From the NCBI GenBank assembly GCA_964016885.1, contig OZ024740.1:404240001-404304000 (forward strand): a stretch of DNA of 64,000 nt, read 5' to 3'. This document shows positions 54,286 through 64,000 of the stretch, piece by piece (position 1 is the first letter of the stretch; each line of letters opens with the position of its first letter). This stretch comes from Eledone cirrhosa (taxonomy: Eukaryota). The notes under the pieces were generated by a model. The model searched no databases. It was not told the origin of the DNA and saw only the letters and a program-made list of their open reading frames with translations. Position numbers and translations under genes: made by a program.

Positions 54286-56796
54286 TTGCACAAGAGACGA
54301 CGACATCCTTTTCTTCACAAATTTGCCACAAGGAAAATGGGCGGTCAAAAATAAACTGAAAATTAAGAGAAAAAGTACATACATACATAATACATACATA
54401 CATACATACATACATACATACATACATACACACATACATAATACACACATACACACATACATACATACATACATACATACATACATACATACATACATAC
54501 ATACATACATACATACATGGTGGCTGCCAACTCGTTTTCGAGTACAACCACTACTTTATATCCATGTAGGAGAACCCCTACCGATGCGCTGAACGAGTGT
54601 GACTTTTTAGTCCAGCCAGCGACTTGAAAACTCTGGTACAAACACTACACTTGTGACAATTATTGACACATAGTACTGGGCCCATGGTACCATGTGACGA
54701 CAAGTGCAAAGAGATCTCCAGATATAAAGCAATTCCTGTGCCATGAAGCTTTTATAGTGAGCAAAAGCACTGCACAAAGCCAGTCCCACTCTCTTAACCA
54801 AGATGATATTTACCAAAAAGAAGAACAAGTCAACATCATTGGATACCATCAGGGTTGCAGGTGTTATATCAGAGTTTTCCTTCTCCTAGAATTCTGCCTT
54901 GACAAAGGCTAAGGGGTCATCTCTCCCGGTGATTTTGGATGGCCATTGACTCCTAAGAGCTCCTTTGGCCTTTAACAGGTTTTGTTTTTAGTCCTGCAGG
55001 ATGTCCAAAGTCACCCTCCTCACCAAGAAACCTTGGTCGGGTTGCCAGTTTAGTCGCCAACGACCCGACCATGAGACATACATACATACATACATACATA
55101 CATACATACATACATACATACATACATACATACATACATACATACATACATGATGGCTTCCCCCTCGTTATTGAGTATGGCCATTGCACGATATACCATT
55201 ATTAGTAATTATTAATTAATTCTATCTTTCAAAGCCTGTGCGCAAAGATTTTTTTAAAGAGAGGAAAGACTGTGCACTGAGCCAATCCCACTCTCTGAGC
55301 GTCAGTAGCTATAACCCGAAAAGAAGAAAAGATCAACATCATCGGTAACTACTGAGCCGCAGGTTTTATGTCGGAGTTATCCCAGTTTCCTGAGTTGCCT
55401 TCTCCTAGAAGAATGCCCTGACAAAGGCTAGGGGTCCTTGACTCCAAGTGGTTTAACCGCGCGATCGGGTGTCCAACCCGACTATTTCTATGTCCCCGCG
55501 CATATACATACACATACATATGTACAGGTGTATATACATATTTACACAATTTTGGATGGCCGTTGACTCTTATGAGTTCTTCCGCCCTTTGTCAGGTTTT
55601 GTTTTTTGTCCTGCAGGGTGTCCAAAATCACCCTCCTCACCAAGTATACTTGGTGGAGTTGCCAGTTTAGTCGCCGATGACCCGACCATGCGACAGGTTG
55701 TACTGGGTTACATGTTACCAGTAGCACATACATACATACATACATACATACATACATACATACATACATACATACATACATACATACATACATACATACA
55801 TACATACATACATACATACATACATAGCCTATTGAACTGTTCATTGCAAAAATGCTTTTGCAATCCCAAAACAGGAAATCAATACAAAATACCTTATTCA
55901 CAAAAGAGATAGGGATGCAGGCAAAACACCTAGATGCGACAAGTGCAGACTCTGCAGAATTAACATCGAAGATGTCACCCATGTCATCACGGTACTATCT
56001 ACCTATGGGGCATGATGTAGTGGCCAAAACACCGTACAATGCAATCCGTAGAAAAGATAGCCCCGATAATAAACACATTAAAAGCTACAGCAATGTGGAA
56101 GACATACATATACATAATATGAAAGTGTACTGGAAGAATGTTCCAGTAAAAACCCCAATAAAATCCAGGCATAACAGACCAGATACTATGATATGGGACT
56201 GGGAAAAGAAAGCATGCACAGTAGTGGAAGTTAACTGTGAATCAATTGATTAATCCCATATGATAATCACCTAGTCAGTTATAAATTAGCAAAGCCAATT
56301 GTTAAATATTTTTTTCCACTCTCATAATATCCACTAAATTGAATTTTAAACTAAGATAAATTGTCTACGAAATTAGTAATCTATAATTTTCCTCTATTAT
56401 ATAGTTACATAATTACTTTAGCATCTTCTAATATATATTTTTAGTTTCGTGTCTAATTTAATTTAACATAAGTTATAAATAAATAGACTTACGCTCACTT
56501 TTTGTTTTTGTTTTGATATTTTTTTTATCTATCCGGTAACATCATACTCTCGCTAGTTCAAATACGTCAATACCAACTGTAATATGTCTCCCACTCATAT
56601 ATCTTCTGTGTTGAGGTTGTTGGTCACGTATCTGAACAGCTCGTTCGACCGCCTGCATATCAAATGATTCCTACACTTCCCGTATATTTTACCTGAAGAG
56701 ATGTTTCGGCTTATGTGATACATAAGCCTTACATCTTCGAAATACGTATAATAAGATAAATTGGGATGGACTAAAGTAACTGTCATTCGTTTATTA

Positions 56797-57078
56797 TGGA
56801 TTGTCAGTATCGGTAGCGGGTCGGACGCCATGCTTTGCAGTACATAGTTACAGATACAGTAAATTCCAAACCAATTTAAGTTACTATCAGCAATGGCAGT
56901 GTTGGTAGAGGGTCGGACGCCATATTTCCAGAATAGAGTTACGTCCCTTTATTGACTGAGTTCAAATCCCGCCGAGGTTAACTTTGCCTTTCATCCTTAC
57001 GGGGTCGATAAAATAAAGTACCAGTAATTAACTGGGATAATTGCTGGCCTTGTGCCAAAAGTAGAAGCAATTATTATT
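56797..57078 (+). mobile_element. Chimeric SINE (truncated head, captured flank, second SINE)
   Basis: Head 56797-56850, then a copy of 52033-52256. Confidence 0.75.
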
Positions 57079-57195
57079 AATAAAACTCCGGATAAACATA
57101 TACCGTTGAGTGCTTGACATCTGTTATATATAAGTCAGGTGATTCTAAATCAACTAACTCGTTTTCATTGAACAAATATATATTTATATATATAT

Positions 57196-57228
<33 letters not shown>

Positions 57229-57404
57229 CATAATAGAATATAAAAGAAAAACGAACACAGGCATATACATATATGTGTTCAAATCGTAAGGGACTGGATT
57301 CGCTAAGGTGAAAAGAATACTAACTATAGACAATAGGGTTTGCTTGTCTCAATTTAAGAAAAAATTAAGAAAATAAATACAAACCGGAATTGTGGTAACT
57401 ACCA

Positions 57405-57482
57405 ATCACCCAGACAACTTGGTGTTGTTTCGCAATTTTAATTGTGAATAGAAATATCAATTCAAGCTCATCAGTGGGTGAT
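57405..57482 (-). ncRNA. Hammerhead ribozyme in a PLE-type terminal repeat (57230-57500)
   Basis: Reverse complement: atcaccca-CTGATGA-gc...gc-GAAAC-aac accaa gtt-GTC-tgggtgat. Confidence 0.8.
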
Positions 57483-58085
57483 GAATTAGTATCCTAGACA
57501 CTTCTAAGTATATTAAGAAACTGAATAGTGTGCTATTTTGAGTTCCTAATATATTAATATGTGTAGAAGAAAACACAGTAAATTCTGCGTCTAAAATTAC
57601 GAGGGTAGATTTCACTACAAATGTTTTATATATTTAAACTGAAGCGTTACAGTAGGGTACAAGTTTTCTTATACATACCGTATCAATAACGATTTCATCT
57701 CTCGGACAGACTAAATATTTAATCTGTTTCGCCCTGAAAAAATTGTGCTTGTAACAAATAATCCTTAAGCATTTCGTCAGCGAGAGATTAGATTAAATGA
57801 TACAGAACACCCTTAACAAGAAACTCACGGAAGTAGATTCCTCGCGCGTTGAAAGTCATACGTGGTGCGAGTGGTTATGCTACAAATAATAGCCTAATTA
57901 CACTCATTTTTATAAGCTCACCAGATAAGGAGCCGAAATACAAATAAAATATAGAGTTATTAATTTTAGACGCAGAATTTACTGTGTTTACTTCTACACA
58001 TATTAATATTATAATGCTCAGTATTTATACTTTGAGCTTGTTAATTGCAGGGTATCTATATGAGTTAATAACTCTATATTTTATT

Positions 58086-58134
<49 letters not shown>

Positions 58135-58649
58135 ATATTAAATAAATGGAAACTATATTTATAAAACCATATTTATTTTATTATATATATTTCAAGGGCA
58201 ACCAAGACAACATTGGTACGCTTTCATCAGATAAAATACAAAGTTTGTTTTATAAATAGAGACGTACCCAAGAAAATCATACCTTATCGGTTGGAAATTC
58301 ACTGGAGGTTTAACCTTGCGATGGACTAGCGTCCTGTTCAGGGGGGAGTCTTGTACTCTCAGTCGCTTCCCGCCATGAAACCGAGATAAGCACCGGCCAA
58401 ATGAGCCTTCTGGCTTAAGACAGACTTTAGATATATCTATATGAAGGCATGTGGCTGATTGGTTTGAGAACTGGAGCCGCAATCGTGAAGTTGTCAGTTC
58501 GATTCCTGGACCGGGCGATGCATTATATCCTTGATTGAGCAAAATACTATTTCACGCTGCCCCTTCTACCTGGAGTTGCGACCGATAGATAGTATTACCA
58601 ATTGGAAGGACCAATTTGACGAAAATCGATCGACAAATATATATATATA

Positions 58650-59108
58650 TATTGTTATACGTTGGGAGGGCAATGTTGCCAATAAAAACACACGCATCTG
58701 TGGTTTTCATTTCAATTTATTATAAATTTCCGGTTGGTTGGTACGATAACCGGAGGATTGTTTATATATTATCAAAGCCCTTTCGTCACACATTCAGTGA
58801 CTTCCTCGGTGACTAGGTTTTTATTTTCTGTGTCTCTCTTTTGTTCTGTCCTACACTATTTTAAATAAATATATACACAAGTTCGATAATAACAAACACA
58901 TATAACACTAGTGAACAAAGATAGAATACAAAAACAAAAACACATACATTCAAACACGAACACACACACCAAACATTAAACACACACGCAAACGCATGCG
59001 CAAATCGAGACAGAGACAAGAAGAAATAAATAAATTATTAGATAAAAATGGAGGAAACATAATAGTACCACTGATGATGTCACAGATCTGTGACGGAGGA
59101 ACTTTGAT

Positions 59109-59110
<2 letters not shown>
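58650..59110. mobile_element. Diverged family-B-like fold-back with degenerate HHR motifs
   Basis: Homology to 8882-9125; ctgatga-tgtcaca gatc tgtgac-ggag-gaactttga at 59071-59107. Confidence 0.6.
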
Positions 59111-59163
<53 letters not shown>

Positions 59164-59165
<2 letters not shown>

Positions 59166-60752
59166 CGAAGGAAATGTGGTAAGGAACCAGATGGACCATA
59201 ACGTACCAAAGTACTCAATACTTAGGGTAGTAGAGTGGGTAATAGGAACGAGTAGGACCCCGACGGCTGAGCTCAAGCCGTTTCGACGGCTAATTCTGGA
59301 CTAAATGAAATTTTTTATCCTGGTAAATGAATAGCCGAGCTTCTCAGGGGGTAATTCCATATATGGTAAAAGTGATTGTCACAAGGATTGGTCAAAAGTT
59401 TTTTGTTGAGACATAATTCTATCATGGCATTTTGTGGAAGGAAGGGGTAGCTGAACTTGTCAGTAGAAGAAAGAGGGAGAGGGAGTAGAGGAAACCCAGT
59501 CGTGCGTTGAAAGTGACAACTACAGCAGAATCCTAAGGATAAGAGGTCAAGAGAAGTATACTAGGGAGGGGGAGGGGGGAGGAAGTCGAAACAATAAGTA
59601 ACTCTATATGGAGTAAATATATAGAAAAATAAGAATGTTAAAAATATTTAAAAAAACAATTTCTGGTTACTATTCCCTTACCACAATCATCAAATCTCTC
59701 ACTGGTACTGCTAAACTATAGAAATGGTTACCAAACGACAACCTGCACTACATCCACCGCCGGTCAAACCATCCTAGAAACATCACCAATAACCTGGTTA
59801 AAAGCATCTCCCTCCGCATATCTCGTTTGTCCGCTAATGAGCAGATATTCGAGGAACATACGCCTTATTACAACCAGGCCATCAAGCGGAGTGGCTTCCG
59901 GGAGGAAATATCCTACTGTCCAGCTTCCATTAGCGGAACCAGCAGGCGATACCGCCGCTCACGCAACGTTACATGGCTCAATCCTCCCCACAACGCCGAG
60001 GTAACAACACCTATCGGGAAAATCTTCTTTAGGCTCATCGAAAAACACTTCCCACTACAACACCGCTACCACAACATAATCAACAAAAATACCATCAAAC
60101 TCTCCTACAGTACCACACCTAACTTTGCACAAAACATCCTCTCCTCTAACAACAAAAAACTCAACCCTTATGGAAGAAATAACCTAGATAGCAGTGGAGA
60201 GCCGACCAGGAGGTGTAACTGTCCTGTTGGATCCATTTTCCCCCTCGACAACAGATGCAGAGATCGTAATGTGATCTACCAGTGCAACGTGAGGACGGAC
60301 ACCTCCAACAAAGCTTATATAGGATTAACCGCTTGTGACTTCAAGACCCGACTATACCAACACAGACATACTTTCCGAAACCCGGCCCGGCGTCACGCCA
60401 CTACACTTTCGGGCCACATCCGGGACCTCAAAGATAACAATATAACCTATAATCTCACTTGGAGCTTACTGTCCAGAGCCAACTCTTACACGGGAGGACG
60501 CCGTCCGTGTAACTTATGCTCGGAGGAAACATTACAAATGCTGTTTTCGATGGACCAACTCCTAAACAAGAAAGACGAACTGGTAACTGCATGCAAACAC
60601 AGTTTGGGGGTAGACAAGGGCTGTAACACCCCACTTGCCGACTTTGTAATGGGTAACCCCTGCTTACAAAGGTAGACGTAAGATATTCTTATATATTTTT
60701 TATCATTTCCCCTATATTTCCTTCTTCCCCTCCATCCCTTCCTAGTCCTTCC
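59164..60752 (+). mobile_element. Family-A PLE fragment: inverted terminal repeat (59164-~59640, -) plus RT end/GIY-YIG (59730-60752, +)
   Basis: ORF 59827-60675 is closely similar to 42625-43560; HHR at 59257-59352(-) with core CTGAGAA. Confidence 0.9.
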
Positions 60753-61143
60753 AGGTGTTTCCTCGAAAACCAGTATGACTCTAAAAACCGGTTTGTCTGT
60801 GTGTTTACATACAGAATAGCTGGACACTCACAGTAAAGTGTCCAGTGAAAAACTCGGTACATCTACGTATGTACACGTGTGTGTATTCATATGCATACTA
60901 GTATTTCAGTATACATATGTGGATGTACATTTTTAACTTAATTGTTTAAGCGTCAGTCATACAAAAGTGAGTTACAAACGAAACGAAATTTAATTTCGTT
61001 TCGTTATTTGTTTTTATCGTCTCCGCTGAACCGGTACGTACTCACGCTCTATGCAAATTAGTCTGCCCACTACTAATTTTCATAGAAAAAGTATATAACG
61101 ATATGTGCTTTTACGATTCTCTAGAAAGGCCGGAAGATAGGTA

Positions 61144-61188
61144 AATATTGCTGATGAGATGTAACAACATCGAAACTAGTCCAATATT
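61144..61188 (+). ncRNA. Type I hammerhead ribozyme (array unit 1), predicted cleavage after 61181
   Basis: aatattg-CTGATGA-gatgt aaca acatc-GAAAC-ta-GTC-caatatt; stem I extends over 61117-61210. Confidence 0.9.
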
Positions 61189-61609
61189 CCTTGTCTGGCT
61201 TTCTGGAGAATAGAGGAAAGGTGTTTCCTCGAAAACCAGTATGACTCTAAAAACCGGTTTGTCTGTGTGTTTACATACAGAATAGCTGGACACTCACAGT
61301 AAAGTGTCCAGTGAAAAACTCGGTACATCTACATATGTACACGTGTGTGTATTCATATGCATACTAGTATTTCAGTATACATATGTGGATGTACATTTTT
61401 AACTTAATTGTTTAAGCGTCAGTCATACAAAAGTGAGTTACAAACGAAACGAAATTTAATTTCGTTTCGTTATTTGTTTTTATCGTCTCCGCTGAACCGG
61501 TACGTACTCACGCTCTATGCAAATTAGTCTGCCCACTACTAATTTTCATAGAAAAAGTATATAACGATATGTGCTTTTACGATTCTCTAGAAAGGCCGGA
61601 AGATAGGTA

Positions 61610-61654
61610 AATATTGCTGATGAGATGTAACAACATCGAAACTAGTCCAATATT
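61610..61654 (+). ncRNA. Type I hammerhead ribozyme (unit 2)
   Basis: Identical to unit 1. Confidence 0.9.
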
Positions 61655-62075
61655 CCTTGTCTGGCTTTCTGGAGAATAGAGGAAAGGTGTTTCCTCGAAA
61701 ACCAGTATGACTCTAAAAACCGGTTTGTCTGTGTGTTTACATACAGAATAGCTGGACACTCACAGTAAAGTGTCCAGTGAAAAACTCGGTACATCTACAT
61801 ATGTACACGTGTGTGTATTCATATGCATACTAGTATTTCAGTATACATATGTGGATGTACATTTTTAACTTAATTGTTTAAGCGTCAGTCATACAAAAGT
61901 GAGTTACAAACGAAACGAAATTTAATTTCGTTTCGTTATTTGTTTTTATCGTCTCCGCTGAACCGGTACGTACTCACGCTCTATGCAAATTAGTCTGCCC
62001 ACTACTAATTTTCATAGAAAAAGCATATAACGATATGTGCTTTTACGATTCTCTAGAAAGGCCGGAAGATAGGTA

Positions 62076-62120
62076 AATATTGCTGATGAGATGTAACAAC
62101 ATCGAAACTAGTCCAATATT
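62076..62120 (+). ncRNA. Type I hammerhead ribozyme (unit 3)
   Basis: Identical to unit 1. Confidence 0.9.
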
Positions 62121-62541
62121 CCTTGTCTGGCTTTCTGGAGAATAGAGGAAAGGTGTTTCCTCGAAAACCAGTATGACTCTAAAAACCGGTTTGTCTGTGT
62201 GTTTACATACAGAATAGCTGGACACTCACAGTAAAGTGTACAGTGAAAAACTCGGTACATCTACATATGTACACGTGTGTGTATTCATATGCATACTAGT
62301 ATTTCAGTATACATATGTGGATGTACATTTTTAACTTAATTGTTTAAGCGTCAGTCATACAAAAGTGAGTTACAAACGAAACGAAATTTAATTTCGTTTC
62401 GTTATTTGTTTTTATCGTCTCCGCTGAACCGGTACGTACTCACGCTCTATGCAAATTAGTCTGCCCACTACTAATTTTCATAGAAAAAGCATATAACGAT
62501 ATGTGCTTTTACGATTCTCTAGAAAGGCCGGAAGATAGGTA

Positions 62542-62586
62542 AATATTGCTGATGAGATGTAACAACATCGAAACTAGTCCAATATT
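62542..62586 (+). ncRNA. Type I hammerhead ribozyme (unit 4)
   Basis: Identical to unit 1. Confidence 0.9.
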
Positions 62587-63125
62587 CCTTGTCTGGCTTT
62601 CTGGAGAATAGAGGAAAGGTGTTTCCTCGAAAACCAGTATGACTCTAAAAACCGGTTTGTCTGTGTGTTTACATACAGAATAGCTGGACACTCACAGTAA
62701 AGTGTCCAGTGAAAAACTCGGTACATCTACATATGTACACGTGTGTGTATTCATATGCATACTAGTATTTCAGTATACATATGTGGATGTACATTTTTAA
62801 CTTAATTGTTTATATATATATATATATTCATATATATATATAGATATGTATTCATATATATATATATATATATACATATATATTCATATATATATATACA
62901 TTCATATATATATATACATATATATTCATATATATATATACATTCATATATATATATACATATATATTCATATATATATATGTGTGTACATTTATATATA
63001 TATATATAAGTAAGAATATTTTCGAAACAGCGAGCGAGATTGAAATTAGAAATATAAGGATGCCATGTGCGCTGTTTTATGCATTTTATATATAGCATAC
63101 TTTGATGTGTCTAGGATACTAATTC

Positions 63126-63203
63126 ATCATCCACTGATGAGCTTGGATTGGTATTTCTATTCACAATTAACATTGCGAAACAACACCAAGTTGTCTGGGT
63201 GAT
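63126..63203 (+). ncRNA. Hammerhead ribozyme in a PLE-type terminal repeat (63108-63385)
   Basis: atcatcca-CTGATGA-gc...gc-GAAAC-aac accaa gtt-GTC-tgggtgat; inverted homolog of 57405-57482. Confidence 0.8.
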
Positions 63204-63411
63204 TGGTAGTTACCACAATTCCGGTTTGTATTTTTTTTTTTTTTTTTTCTTAAATTGAGACAAGCAAACCCTATTGTCTATAGTTAGTATTCTTTTCACC
63301 TTAGCGAATCAGGTCCCTTACGATTTGAACACATGTATATATATGTCTGTGTTCGTTTTTCATTTATATTCTATATTCTATTATTATATATATATTTATA
63401 CATTCATATAC

Positions 63412-63503
<92 letters not shown>

Positions 63504-63525
63504 GTATATACATATATACATTCAT

Positions 63526-63557
<32 letters not shown>

Positions 63558-64000
63558 ATACATATATACATTCATATATATATATATATATATATATATA
63601 CGATATTAAATAAATGGAAACTATATTTATAAAACCATATTTATTTCATTATATATATTTCAGGGATATCATATTAACAATATGCTATGCCTTCCTCGGA
63701 CAAAATACAATATAGACAGTTTTATAGATAAATAGATTTGACATACCGTTCAACATCGACTTGTATTTGAAAAGTTGAATTGGCAGTGAAAAAATTGTAA
63801 ACAGAAAGAAAGAAAGAGAGAAAAAAGGAAAGAAAGACAGAAAACGAAGAAAAAGAAGAAAAAGAAGAAATGCATGGAACAAAATAGAGAGATGGAAAGA
63901 TAGATAAAGAGAAGAACTTCATGTAAAGAAACAGAGAGAGAGATATATAGAGAGAGGAAATAGATAGAGATAGATATATATATAGAAAAATAGGTAGTTG

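Larger units (their letters stand above)
60753..62812 (+). repeat. Retrozyme-like tandem array, 466-bp unit x ~4.4, one hammerhead per full unit
   Basis: Units start at 60753, 61219, 61685, 62151 and 62617; only ~3 variable positions seen; non-coding and highly self-complementary. Confidence 0.9.

Noticed and set aside
61111-62691. Four identical 60-aa ORFs on the minus strand of the array
   Set aside because: Non-ATG start, no recognisable domain, antisense to the ribozyme; identity merely reflects the tandem repeat.
60753-62812. CRISPR array or plain satellite interpretation
   Set aside because: No unique spacers or cas genes and eukaryotic context; the intact HHR and PLE junction argue against a simple satellite.

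Overview
AT-rich, microsatellite-saturated eukaryotic (animal) DNA with no recognisable host gene. The SINE families resemble those of octopus/cephalopod genomes (inference from recall). Almost all interpretable sequence is transposon-derived. There are several Penelope-like elements (PLEs; RT plus GIY-YIG) and many short PLE-derived fold-back insertions inside (TA)n tracts. Also present are a hAT transposon with a related MITE, a truncated Gypsy element, RTE/Tx1/CRE/RLE-type LINE fragments, Helitron-like ends, tRNA-SINEs and a 5S rRNA fragment. Reading by eye finds about 30 type I hammerhead ribozyme (HHR) motifs from about 16 sequence families, including U3-A8 core variants and greatly extended stem II forms. 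The highlight is 59164-62812, one (TA)n-flanked insertion. In it an inverted PLE terminal repeat and a PLE RT-end/endonuclease fragment are fused directly to about 4.4 near-identical 466-bp HHR-containing units. This retrozyme-like array is the footprint expected if a PLE reverse transcriptase copied a circular ribozyme RNA and switched templates to its own RNA. All ribozyme folds were assigned manually and boundaries are approximate.
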